Assembly: GCA_041662745.1 (NCBI GenBank)
Contig: JBAZRV010000001.1
Location: 180,001 to 212,000 of the forward strand
Direction of reading: 5' to 3'
Length of the DNA: 32,000 nt
Origin: Patescibacteria group bacterium
GTDB taxonomy: Bacteria; Patescibacteriota; Patescibacteriia; 2-01-FULL-39-33
Shown here piece after piece: positions 9,145 to 17,730 of the stretch. The position numbers and the translations under genes were made by a program. Below the pieces are notes generated by a model. It saw only the letters and a list, made by a program, of their open reading frames with translations, was not told where the DNA came from and searched no databases. How positions within the stretch are numbered: position 1 is the stretch's first letter; each line of letters begins with the position of its first letter.

Positions 9145-10659
9145 TTATTCCTGCGGTCGGTACTGCAGAGCCTCGGCCAGGTGTTCGCATTTTAGCTCTT
9201 CGCTGGCTTCCAGGTCGGCGATAGTGCGGGAGATTTTGAGGAGGCGGAAATAAACGCGCGGCGATAAGCGCAATTTTTCTACGGCTTGGCGGATAAGTCG
9301 CCGGCCCGCTTCATCAATTAAGCAGTAGGTGTTAACCTGTTCGGAAGACATTTCGCTATTGGCGAATATTTTTTCTTTTTTGAATCTTTGCAGTTGTATG
9401 TTTCGCGCTTGCTGAACGCGTTCGCGTACCGTGATTGACGGCTCGCCGTTGCCTGCGCCGGATAATTCCTCAAATTTTATTCGCGGCACTTCCAGGTGCA
9501 AATCAATCCTGTCCAACAGCGGTCCGGAAGCGCGTTTTTTATAGCGCAGGATTTCGGCGGCGGAGCAAGTACATTCTTTTTCCGGATCGGTCAGGTAGCC
9601 GCAAGGACAGGGGTTAAGAGCGGCTGTCAGAATGAACTTGGCGGGAAAGCGCAAGGTGCCGGCGGCACGGGAAACATTGATTACTCCGTCTTCCAGCGGT
9701 TGGCGCAGATTTTCCAAAACGGTTTTAGGGAACTCCAGGAATTCATCCAGAAACAATACGCCGCGATGTGCCAAAGAGATTTCTCCCGGTCGCGGCCAAG
9801 CGCCGCCGCCCACCAGTGATACGCCGGAAGCGGTATGATGGGGGGCGCGGAAAGGCCGTAAAGTAATAAGCGGCTGATCAGCCGGCAAAAGCCCGGCGGC
9901 GGAATAGATTTTAGTTACTTCCAGGCTTTCTTCTTGGGTCATCTGCGGCAAGATTGAAGGCAGAGCTTTAGCCAACATGGTTTTGCCCGAGCCGGGCGGG
10001 CCGGACATGAGGATGTTGTGATTGCCGGCCGCGGCTATTTCCAGCGCGCGTTTGGCTGAATTTTGCCCGCGGACATGTCTTAAATCTATCGGGAAATTTA
10101 TTTCTTCAATTTCTTGTTGCCAATCCTCGCAAGGTTCAATCAATTCTGCGCCGGCTAAATGTTTAGCTAATTGTGCCAGATTTTTGACCGGATAAATATT
10201 CAGACCGTTGATCAATGATGCTTCTTTGGCATTGGCTGTCGGCACAAATAAATTATTAATGCCGGTTTGTTTGGCGAATAGAGCGATAGACAATATCCCG
10301 GACACCGGGCGCACTTCGCCGCTTAAGGCCAGCTCGCCGGCAAAAAGCGAAGAGGCAAAATCAGCCAGCTTGATTTGCTCGTTTAAAATCATGGCGGCTA
10401 CGGCCAGGGGCAGATCATAGTGCGTACCGCCTTTGCGCAAATCGGCCGGCGCCAGATTGAAAGTGACGTTGCCGCGCGGAAATTCAAAACCGGAGTTTTT
10501 GATGGCGCTACGGACGCGGCTTTTACTCTCATCCACGGCCTTATCGGGCAAACCAACAATAAAAACCCCCGGGTTACCGTAGGGGCTGTTATCCGCTTCC
10601 ACTTCCACCGGCTCGCATTCTAATCCAACAATCGCCGCCGATAGGACCTTTGATGGCAT
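9145..10659 (-). CDS. comM: YifB/ComM family Mg-chelatase-like AAA+ ATPase
   Basis: EVEADNSPYGNPGVFIVGLPDKAVDESKSRVRSA, Walker A GPPGSGKTM, PGEISLAHRGVLFLDE, NPCPCGY. Confidence 0.95.
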   Translation of the reverse strand: MPSKVLSAAIVGLECEPVEVEADNSPYGNPGVFIVGLPDKAVDESKSRVRSAIKNSGFEFPRGNVTFNLAPADLRKGGTHYDLPLAVAAMILNEQIKLADFASSLFAGELALSGEVRPVSGILSIALFAKQTGINNLFVPTANAKEASLINGLNIYPVKNLAQLAKHLAGAELIEPCEDWQQEIEEINFPIDLRHVRGQNSAKRALEIAAAGNHNILMSGPPGSGKTMLAKALPSILPQMTQEESLEVTKIYSAAGLLPADQPLITLRPFRAPHHTASGVSLVGGGAWPRPGEISLAHRGVLFLDEFLEFPKTVLENLRQPLEDGVINVSRAAGTLRFPAKFILTAALNPCPCGYLTDPEKECTCSAAEILRYKKRASGPLLDRIDLHLEVPRIKFEELSGAGNGEPSITVRERVQQARNIQLQRFKKEKIFANSEMSSEQVNTYCLIDEAGRRLIRQAVEKLRLSPRVYFRLLKISRTIADLEASEELKCEHLAEALQYRPQE

Positions 10660-10759
10660 AATTTAATCAATTAAATAGAAACTTTAATAAATTATACCAT
10701 TTATGTTGGCCGAGCTCAAAGTTACTGAATCGGAGGCGAGGCGTTAATGCCGCTTCCCC

Positions 10760-10788
10760 TTGACTTTTCATGGTAAATAAGTTATGAT
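10760..10788 (+). promoter_or_regulatory. promoter for rplS
   Basis: TTGACT, 17-nt spacer, TATGAT. Confidence 0.6.
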
Positions 10789-10822
10789 TTTAGAGTAAAT
10801 TATCAAGCATATATTAAAAACT

Positions 10823-11179
10823 ATGGCAAAATTAAATGTTAAGCAGGATTGGCATGAGCAGGTTTTACCGCTTCTTAAGGCAGGCGTAACCGTCAAAGTC
10901 CATCAAATCATCAAAGAAAAAAATACTAAGGGTGAGGAAAAGCAACGCGTCCAGATTTTTGAAGGCATCATCTTGGGCCGTCACGGCGGCCAGGGGAAAA
11001 GCGCCACCATTACAGTGCGCAAGGTTGCTTCCGGCGGTATCGGCGTAGAGAGGATTTTTCCTATCTGGTCCCCGGCCATTTCCAAGATTGAAGCGACTAA
11101 AATCGCCGAAGTGCGTCGCGCCAAATTATCTTATATCAAAGGGTATAAGAAGAAGTTATCGGAAAAACAGGTTAAATAA
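10823..11179 (+). CDS. rplS: 50S ribosomal protein L19
   Basis: VTVKVHQIIKEKNTKGEEKQRVQIFEGIILGRHG...VRKVASGGIGVERIFP... Confidence 0.96.
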   Translation: MAKLNVKQDWHEQVLPLLKAGVTVKVHQIIKEKNTKGEEKQRVQIFEGIILGRHGGQGKSATITVRKVASGGIGVERIFPIWSPAISKIEATKIAEVRRAKLSYIKGYKKKLSEKQVK

Positions 11180-11193
11180 ACCATCAAGCATTA

Positions 11194-11214
11194 AGCCCGA
11201 GCAATCGGGTTTTT
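11194..11214 (+). terminator. short intrinsic terminator after rplS
   Basis: CCCGA-GCAA-TCGGG followed by TTTTT. Confidence 0.55.
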
Positions 11215-11216
11215 GT

Positions 11217-11301
11217 GCGGACGTGGCGGAATTTGGTATACGCGCAGCCTTGAGGTGGCTGTGGTCGCAAGGCCTTGGAGGTTCAAGTCCTCTCGTCCGC
11301 A
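11217..11301 (+). tRNA. tRNA-Leu (GAG)
   Basis: GCGGACG/CGTCCGC acceptor stem; CAGCC-TTGAGGT-GGCTG anticodon arm; variable arm and GGTTCAAGTCC T-arm; no encoded CCA. Confidence 0.93.
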
Positions 11302-11317
11302 TTAATAATCTAAATTT

Positions 11318-11893
11318 ATGGCCCCCAGAATTTTTATTATTCATGGCTGGGACGGTTCGCCGCAGGGTTGCTGGCTGCCTTGGTTAAAGGAAAGACTGGA
11401 GCAACAAGGGGTTGCTGTTCAAGTCCCGACAATGCCTCAGCCGGAAAATCCCGTAATAGCCGATTGGGTTAATCAGCTTGCCAGCATTGTCGGTGAGCCG
11501 GATAAAGAAACTTATTTTGTCGGACATAGCATCGGTTGCCAAACCATATTGCGTTATGTTGAGCAATCACAGAAGCCGATCGGCGGCATAGTCTGTGTGG
11601 CCGGTTGGTTCAGGTTGCCGCACCTCGCCACCGCTGAAGAAAAAAGGATTGCTCGGCCTTGGCTGGAAACTCCGATGGATTTTGATAAGATTAGACAGCG
11701 AGCCGGAAAGATTATTGCTATTTTTTCCGACAATGATCCGGACGTTGATTTGGGAGATAAAGAGCTGTTTGAGAAAAACTTAAACGCCAAAACGATCATA
11801 GAACATGGCAAGGGTCATTTCAGCGATGATGCTGGAGTTACGGAATTACCGTCGGCGCTGGCGGTCGTAGAAGAATTAATCGAGAAGAAGTAA
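11318..11893 (+). CDS. RBBP9/YdeN family alpha/beta hydrolase
   Basis: RIFIIHGWDGSP N-terminus, GHSIG nucleophile elbow, C-terminal GHF. Confidence 0.88.
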   Translation: MAPRIFIIHGWDGSPQGCWLPWLKERLEQQGVAVQVPTMPQPENPVIADWVNQLASIVGEPDKETYFVGHSIGCQTILRYVEQSQKPIGGIVCVAGWFRLPHLATAEEKRIARPWLETPMDFDKIRQRAGKIIAIFSDNDPDVDLGDKELFEKNLNAKTIIEHGKGHFSDDAGVTELPSALAVVEELIEKK

Positions 11894-11908
11894 TTTTACT
11901 TAAAATCA

Positions 11909-11982
11909 GCACGCCTAGCTCAATTGGTTAGAGCATCTCGTTTACGTCGAGAGGGTTAGGGGTTCGAGTCCCTTGGCGTGCA
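11909..11982 (+). tRNA. tRNA-Val (UAC)
   Basis: GCACGCC/GGCGTGC acceptor stem; TCTCG-TTTACGT-CGAGA anticodon arm; GGTTCGAGTCCC T-arm; no encoded CCA. Confidence 0.93.
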
Positions 11983-12030
11983 CAGGTAAATTAAATAAAG
12001 TAGTAATATTTATAAATTTTTTGTTTGTCT

Positions 12031-12169
12031 GAGGGACTCGAACAGGTTGGAAGCGAGCCAGCGACGAGAGTCGCGCAGTGAGCGCCGATGGATGCGACCC
12101 TGGGAGCATTCAGCGCCAACCCTGGACAAGCGTCGCGAGAGCGATGCGCGTAAAGTCCCTTGGCGTGCA
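12031..12169. repeat. GC-rich structured element ending in a copy of the tRNA-Val 3' end
   Basis: AGTCCCTTGGCGTGCA at 11967-11982 is repeated at 12154-12169; AGGGACTCGAAC (12032-12043) is the inverted T-arm; two GAGA-capped hairpins inside. Confidence 0.7.
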
Positions 12170-12188
12170 TCAAAACTAATTAAAATTT

Positions 12189-12440
12189 ATGCTGGTCAGA
12201 ATTTTAATCGGATTAATCGTTATTGGCGTAGGATTTTTTATGGTTTGGAAACCAAGGTTCTTTTATGATTTTATGGGCCATCAAATGTGGGCGGAAAAGA
12301 TTTTTGGCATCCATGAAGATGAGTTAGCTTACAAGGTTATCGGCATGATTGTGATTTTTGTCGGCGCCCTGATTGCCACGGATTTGATCTATGGTTTGCT
12401 GGCTTGGTTCTTTTCGCCGGTTGTTAAGGGTTTAAAGTAA
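12189..12440 (+). CDS. small membrane protein, 83 aa
   Basis: Two hydrophobic segments; stop codon 5 bp before tRNA-Ala. Confidence 0.7.
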   Translation: MLVRILIGLIVIGVGFFMVWKPRFFYDFMGHQMWAEKIFGIHEDELAYKVIGMIVIFVGALIATDLIYGLLAWFFSPVVKGLK

Positions 12441-12445
12441 TATAA

Positions 12446-12522
12446 GGGCTCGTAGTTCAGTTGGTTAGAACGCCGCATTTGCAATGCGGAGGTCAGCGGT
12501 TCGACTCCGCTCGAGTCCACCA
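12446..12522 (+). tRNA. tRNA-Ala (UGC)
   Basis: GGGCTCG/CGAGTCC acceptor stem (one G-U); CCGCA-TTTGCAA-TGCGG anticodon arm; encoded CCA. Confidence 0.94.
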
Positions 12523-12523
12523 T

Positions 12524-12721
12524 ATGTTTTTATTAGAACCGCATTTTTTTGACATTTTCGGGGCGATAGGATTTATTTACATCCTTATTCTCGCTCTGTT
12601 CGGATTATTTGGTAAACGTATTCCCAGATGGGCGTTTTTTATCCTTTTATTGATGGGCATTGCCGGCGCGCTCTTGGATATTCTGGTGGTTTATATGTTT
12701 TATTTTAAACAATTATTATAA
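12524..12721 (+). CDS. small membrane protein, 65 aa
   Basis: The listed start (12461) lies inside the tRNA; the first ATG outside it is 12524: MFLLEPHFFDIFGAIGFIYILILALFGLFGKRIPRWAFFILLLMGIAGALLDILVVYMFYFKQLL. Confidence 0.65.
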   Translation: MFLLEPHFFDIFGAIGFIYILILALFGLFGKRIPRWAFFILLLMGIAGALLDILVVYMFYFKQLL

Positions 12722-12768
12722 GGGGACGGCTTCGGCTGATAAGGATGAGGTTCAATCATTAAAATTAA

Positions 12769-12794
12769 AAAACGGGTTTTAGCCCCGTTTTTTA
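12769..12794 (+). terminator. intrinsic terminator
   Basis: AAAACGGG...CCCGTTTT hairpin followed by T's. Confidence 0.7.
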
Positions 12795-12831
12795 TTTATC
12801 TGATGCCTATTCGGTGTTATAATTAATTTAT

Positions 12832-13377
12832 ATGAAAAATGTTTTATTAACGCTGGTTGCCTTGTTATTTTTGAGCGGTTGTGTCGCTGGTATAAAACCG
12901 GCAAGTGTTTCCACAATTAACCTTAAATATATGATTAAACTCACTTCTCCGCAATTTGAGCCAGGCGATGTTTTGCCGTCTGAGTTCACTTGCGACGGCC
13001 GAGGGATTAGTCCGGAATTACACATTGCCGACGTACCGGCGGAAGCCAAAAGCTTAGCCCTCATGCTTGACGATCCGGATGCTCTCTCCGGCACATTTAC
13101 CCATTGGATTGTTTACGGTCTTGATCCCGGCCTAACAGTCATAAAAGAGGATGATTTACCGGCCGAGGCGGTAATCGGCATAAACAGCGGCGGCCGTCAA
13201 TCATATTTTCCGCCCTGTCCGCCCTCCGGCAGCCACCGTTATGTCTTTCATGTTTACGCCCTGGATAAAAAGATTAATTTTGTTTCCGCCCCCGATCGCC
13301 GGCAAATTGACGAGGCTATAAATAGCACCTTGATTGATTCGGGAGAATTAGTGACCGTTTATAGCCGTAAAAATTAA
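12832..13377 (+). CDS. YbhB/YbcL-type PEBP (Raf kinase inhibitor-like) lipoprotein
   Basis: Lipobox LFLSGC; PEBP motifs (FTCDGRGISPEL, LALMLDDPDA, THWIVYG, YFPPCPPSGSHRYVFHVYALD). Confidence 0.93.
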   Translation: MKNVLLTLVALLFLSGCVAGIKPASVSTINLKYMIKLTSPQFEPGDVLPSEFTCDGRGISPELHIADVPAEAKSLALMLDDPDALSGTFTHWIVYGLDPGLTVIKEDDLPAEAVIGINSGGRQSYFPPCPPSGSHRYVFHVYALDKKINFVSAPDRRQIDEAINSTLIDSGELVTVYSRKN

Positions 13378-13405
13378 AAAATCTCCGCCGATTAGCGGAG
13401 ATTTT
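13378..13405. terminator. bidirectional terminator between convergent genes
   Basis: AAATCTCCGC...GCGGAGATTTT perfect stem. Confidence 0.8.
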
Positions 13406-13407
13406 GA

Positions 13408-14172
13408 TTATAGCTTGCTGATGAATTCCAGGATTTTTTCTCTTATTTTTTTGCCTTTGGGCAGTTGCGCATAATGGTGGCCGAATTTATATTTGAAAAT
13501 GTCAGTTCTGATTTCGCCTAGTAGCGCCCGGTATACTTCGCAAGCCACATATTTGGCCGCCACATTGAATCTTCCGTCCGTTTCCAAACGACGGACTGAG
13601 ACGTAGATTTTGGGGCGTTTGAGTATTTTATAAACGCCGTGTTTTTTGACGCGCTTGATATATTCGTGGTCCTCGGCCAGTTTAAGCGATTCGTCAAAGC
13701 CGCCGACACGGTCATGCAAGGCCTTTTTAATCAAAATGCAGAATCCCGGCGCGTGCGGATAAAAATATTGGGTTAGTTGGATATAGGCATTAGCCATATC
13801 ATGCAGGATAGCGTCAATGATTTTGTCGCTTAAAGGGATGACGGCGCAAGAAGCGACGTCAACTTTTTTTTCTTCCGCTTCTTCAATCAGGAATTTTAAG
13901 AATTTGCCGGACAAAAAAACATCGGCATCCAAAAATAGCAGCCATTCGCCGGCGGCGATAGCCGCGCCATGGTTGCGGCCGGCGGCCGGCATACCGCCTT
14001 TAACGATTCGGCAACCGTAATCCTGGGCGATTTCTATGGTTTTGTCAGTGGAGCCAGCGTCGGAAATGATTATTTCGTAATCAGTGAACTCTTGGTCTTT
14101 GATTGATTCCAATAAATCAGGCAAAGTTTTTTCTTCATTCAGGGTCGGGATGATGATGGATATTTTTGGCAT
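13408..14172 (-). CDS. family 2 glycosyltransferase
   Basis: ISIIIPTLNEEKTLPDLLESIKDQ...EIIISDAGSTDKT...FLDADVFL. Confidence 0.93.
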   Translation of the reverse strand: MPKISIIIPTLNEEKTLPDLLESIKDQEFTDYEIIISDAGSTDKTIEIAQDYGCRIVKGGMPAAGRNHGAAIAAGEWLLFLDADVFLSGKFLKFLIEEAEEKKVDVASCAVIPLSDKIIDAILHDMANAYIQLTQYFYPHAPGFCILIKKALHDRVGGFDESLKLAEDHEYIKRVKKHGVYKILKRPKIYVSVRRLETDGRFNVAAKYVACEVYRALLGEIRTDIFKYKFGHHYAQLPKGKKIREKILEFISKL

Positions 14173-14258
14173 ATTTTCTACCTATTAAGTATAGTTGATT
14201 ATTGCCTGCCGGTCAATGCCCGTGTTATAATATAAAATATTATAAATAAATTAAAAAA

Positions 14259-16760
14259 ATGAGGAGGGGCTTGTTTGCTGTATTTTTTTTAATCCTGGCG
14301 ATAGTCGTAGGCGCCGGATTTTTTATTTTTTCTTTCAGCGCTGCGTCGTGGGCGGCTGACGGTCAGATCGTTGTTCAACATAATGGCGTGATGGCTTCAA
14401 ACAGCGCTTGGACTTACCTAGGCGTTGAACAAAGTTCTGCAGAATATTTGATCCTAAAACAGTCATCATCAACCTTAACTTCTCCATTGATTGATTTGAG
14501 CGATTGCCAGACGGCACGATTGGACTATCAGGCTCGGACTTACGGCGGCGTAACTTCCAGTAGCGCTACAATCGTTGTCTCTGTTTTTAATTCCGGTTCC
14601 TGGAAAGAAACCGACTGGAATGAACCGGCAGATAATGTTTTATCAGCGCAACCGATAATTGATTTAAGTTCTTACTGCGGTTCTCAGGTCAGATTGATGT
14701 TCAGTACGCCCGAAGCTACCGGCAGCAAGGGCGTTGGCTTAGATGAAATTGCCATTACTAAGGCCGCCGGCAATAACCCGCCGACCGCCTCGGCCACTTC
14801 CACTAAAATTACAGCCGAGACAGGAGAAGAAATAGAATTTTCTGATGATGGATCAACCGATCCGGACGGCGATGCCTTGATTGATTGGCTATGGGATTTT
14901 GGCCAGCAACTGATCAAACATGGCGTTAATGTCAGCCAGAGCTTTTCAACATCCGGAAGCTATGCGGTCAATTATTATGTAGTGGATAGCGAGGGAGCCA
15001 CTTCTTCTCCTGCGGTTTTAAGCTTATTCATTACCAATCCCGTCGGCACTACTACGCCCACCACTACGCCCACTACCACTTCGGCGCTAACGCCGCAAAT
15101 CGGCGATGTGGTGATTAATGAAGTCTATCCCGCTCCCAATACGGGCGAAGAAGAGTGGATAGAATTGTTTAATCCCGCTACCTCAACTTGGGATTTGTCC
15201 GATTTAATGCTGTTTAATATTGACGGCGAAAAATTCGTTACCACTACTTTAAGCGGCAGCATGTCGCCCGGGCAATATTTAGTGATTAACGACGTCGTCG
15301 GCAGTTTGAATAATGGCGGTGACACGATTATTTTACGTTCGGTTGGCCAGGCCTTAGATCAGACGGTTTATGGCGATTATTCCAATAAAAAGGGCGAAGC
15401 CTGGGCGCGCAATAGCGGCGGCACCTTTGAGGAAACAATTACTCCGACTAAAGGAGCGATGAATATCATAACGCCCAAGCCTGTTGTTAGCGGGTCAAGC
15501 GGCGGATCGTCTTATACCGGTTATCAGTCAGATAATAGCGAGGCGACCAGCTCGGACACCTCCACCGCCCCGGTCGTTCAAGAAGATTATTACGGCAAGA
15601 TAATAATTAACGAACTGTTTCCTCATCCGGCTACGGGCGCTAGTGACGAGTTTATTGAATTGAAAAATATTTCTACCACTACGATTGATTTGAACGGTTT
15701 TTATTTGACTGATAATACCAATAAGAAACATTATCTGCGCGCCGCTTCCCCCGCTTTGCAGATTTTGCCTCAAGGATTCATTGCCATTAAACGCGCCTCC
15801 ACATCCATTGCTTTAAATGATACGGGTTTTGAAACGACTAATCTGTTTTCTCCGTCGGGAGAACTGTTGGATCGGGTAAGCTATACGGCCAAGCAGAGCG
15901 AGGGTTCGGCTTATGCCAGAACTGATAACGGCGAATGGCTTTGGACAGCTCAGCCGACGCCGGGAGCGGATAATCTTTTTCCTGGCAGCAGTTTAAGCCA
16001 GGAACAAACGGTTGAAGTTTTAAATACCATTAAAGCGGCGACCAAAAAAGCCGCCGGCGTTTCCGGCGTGTTACATCGGGTAACTATGGAAGAACTGAGC
16101 GGTTTGGGCGTTGGTGATCGCGTACAAGTTTCCGGCGTAGTGTCGGTAGAACCCGGAGTGTTGGGCACGCAGATATTCTATTTGGCCGGTTCCGGCATCC
16201 AAGTTTATTGCAACAAGAAAGATTTTCCCGAATTGAAGATTGGTGATCGGGCAGAGGTTATCGGAGAGATATCGGAGGCGGCCGGCGAGAGAAGAATAAA
16301 GATAAAAACTCGCGCTGACATCAAATACTTGTCCAGCGAAGCCGAACCCCAGCCCCATAAGATTGACATCATAGAATTAGAAGACAATATCGGTTCATTG
16401 GTAAAAATAACGGGAGAATTATTGGAGATAAAGGGCCGTAATGCTTTTATTGATGACAGTAGCGGTGAAGCCAAGATATATCTTAAAACTCAAATTGACG
16501 TTAAGGAAATAAATTGGCAGACCGGCGATAAAATAACGGTCGTCGGCATTGCCTCATTGACCGCTTCCGGGGCTCGGCTGTTGCCGCGTACTGCTAAAGA
16601 TATCGCCGTGATCGGCGGTCAAGTTGAGGGAGCTTATGAAGTTGGAGATAAAACGCCATTTATCGGATCATCCCTAAGTTATGCCATCGCCCTAATAGTT
16701 TTTTTAGCGGTGCTGGCCGGTTGGTTGGGTTATAGGCTGAGACTGCAAAATAAACAGTGA
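14259..16760 (+). CDS. exported/anchored surface protein with PKD domain, two lamin-tail-like domains and OB-fold-like region
   Basis: N-terminal signal/TM; PKD (GSTDPDGDALIDWLWDFG); LTD (VVINEVYPAPNTGEEEWIELFNP; IIINELFPHPATGASDEFIELKN); S/T-rich linkers; C-terminal TM. Confidence 0.85.
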   Translation: MRRGLFAVFFLILAIVVGAGFFIFSFSAASWAADGQIVVQHNGVMASNSAWTYLGVEQSSAEYLILKQSSSTLTSPLIDLSDCQTARLDYQARTYGGVTSSSATIVVSVFNSGSWKETDWNEPADNVLSAQPIIDLSSYCGSQVRLMFSTPEATGSKGVGLDEIAITKAAGNNPPTASATSTKITAETGEEIEFSDDGSTDPDGDALIDWLWDFGQQLIKHGVNVSQSFSTSGSYAVNYYVVDSEGATSSPAVLSLFITNPVGTTTPTTTPTTTSALTPQIGDVVINEVYPAPNTGEEEWIELFNPATSTWDLSDLMLFNIDGEKFVTTTLSGSMSPGQYLVINDVVGSLNNGGDTIILRSVGQALDQTVYGDYSNKKGEAWARNSGGTFEETITPTKGAMNIITPKPVVSGSSGGSSYTGYQSDNSEATSSDTSTAPVVQEDYYGKIIINELFPHPATGASDEFIELKNISTTTIDLNGFYLTDNTNKKHYLRAASPALQILPQGFIAIKRASTSIALNDTGFETTNLFSPSGELLDRVSYTAKQSEGSAYARTDNGEWLWTAQPTPGADNLFPGSSLSQEQTVEVLNTIKAATKKAAGVSGVLHRVTMEELSGLGVGDRVQVSGVVSVEPGVLGTQIFYLAGSGIQVYCNKKDFPELKIGDRAEVIGEISEAAGERRIKIKTRADIKYLSSEAEPQPHKIDIIELEDNIGSLVKITGELLEIKGRNAFIDDSSGEAKIYLKTQIDVKEINWQTGDKITVVGIASLTASGARLLPRTAKDIAVIGGQVEGAYEVGDKTPFIGSSLSYAIALIVFLAVLAGWLGYRLRLQNKQ

Positions 16761-16769
16761 ATTTTAAAA

Positions 16770-16793
16770 GCCTGTCGAAAAATTTCGACAGGC
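16770..16793 (-). terminator. hairpin terminator for the 16802 gene
   Basis: GCCTGTCGAAA-AA-TTTCGACAGGC with TTTT downstream on the minus strand. Confidence 0.6.
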
Positions 16794-16801
16794 CTGGGTG
16801 C

Positions 16802-17593
16802 TTAAGCGTTTGCCAGTTGGAATAGCCGTACGGCTTTTTTCAGGTAGTCTTGGGACATTTGCCAATCAATCGGATCAATCATACTGCCGCTGGGGCGTAA
16901 TCGGCTTTGGGCGTCAATGCTTAGCCGGAGATATTTTTTAATCAGGAGACTGATCAGCTCTATCGTTTCCGGTCCCAAGCCGCCGGCCACCACCAATCCC
17001 AGATCCGGACGTTGCTCGGACAACTTATCCAAAAACGGTTCCAGGAATGGAGGAGAAAGCAGTCTTCCTTGACCCATGCTTCTGTCTAATAAAATGTAGT
17101 CAAGCGCCGAGTCGTATAATTTTAATTTTTCCAGTAGTTTGTCGGGCCGTTCCTCTATGGCGCTAAAGGCGAAGGTGCCGATCTGCAAGATAATTTTCAG
17201 ATGAGGGTAAATCCTTTTAAAATCTCTAACCAGCTCATGGTCAGGCCAAATCATATCAAGCTGTAAGGCCTGCATCTGCGGTCCGCCCCAAAGTACAACC
17301 TCTTCAAAATCACTAGCCGTTTCGCGCCAGGAATGAGATTCATAATCGGCGAAGTGCAGAGTATTAAAAGCTAAGGGATGAGACAGGAAAATATCAGAGA
17401 TTTTATCTTTGGCCGGAAAAACTTTGTCATAGCGAGTCGGCAGACCGCGCAGGGTTTTATGGCTCATCATGACCCCGACGCCCAAGCGATGCGACGGCGG
17501 TGTTTCCGCATAGGCCCGACCCATTACCGCCAGCATCGTTTCGGTTTGCTGGCGATCGGTAAAATCGGTGATGCTAATATAAGGAACTGGCAT
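16802..17593 (-). CDS. hypothetical TIM-barrel-like protein (PRAI/TrpF-like), 263 aa
   Basis: GGGAGGG Shine-Dalgarno before ATG at 17593-17591 (MPVPYISITDFTD), so the listed 17701 start is probably too long. VVAGGLGPETI...SIDAQSRLRPSG resembles the barrel C-terminus. Confidence 0.6.
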   Translation of the reverse strand: MPVPYISITDFTDRQQTETMLAVMGRAYAETPPSHRLGVGVMMSHKTLRGLPTRYDKVFPAKDKISDIFLSHPLAFNTLHFADYESHSWRETASDFEEVVLWGGPQMQALQLDMIWPDHELVRDFKRIYPHLKIILQIGTFAFSAIEERPDKLLEKLKLYDSALDYILLDRSMGQGRLLSPPFLEPFLDKLSEQRPDLGLVVAGGLGPETIELISLLIKKYLRLSIDAQSRLRPSGSMIDPIDWQMSQDYLKKAVRLFQLANA

Positions 17594-17730
17594 TCTATTT
17601 CCCTCCCGGTTTGTTAAGGTTCTATCGTGATCCATTGAATAATTAAGCTTAACAAAAGAAAACAGTTTTGTCAATGGGTTATCAAATATAAAACCGGCCA
17701 AGTTATTGATCTTGGCTGGTTTTATATTGT

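Noticed and set aside
11967-12169. Integrated mobile element bounded by attL/attR
   Set aside because: The 16-bp direct repeats fit, but the interval (187 bp) has no integrase or cargo; kept only as a hypothesis in the findings rather than called as a mobile element.
12047-12268. 73-aa ORF 12047-12268 and 60-aa ORF 11991-12173
   Set aside because: They run through the structured GC-rich element by tRNA-Val and overlap the better-supported ORF at 12189.
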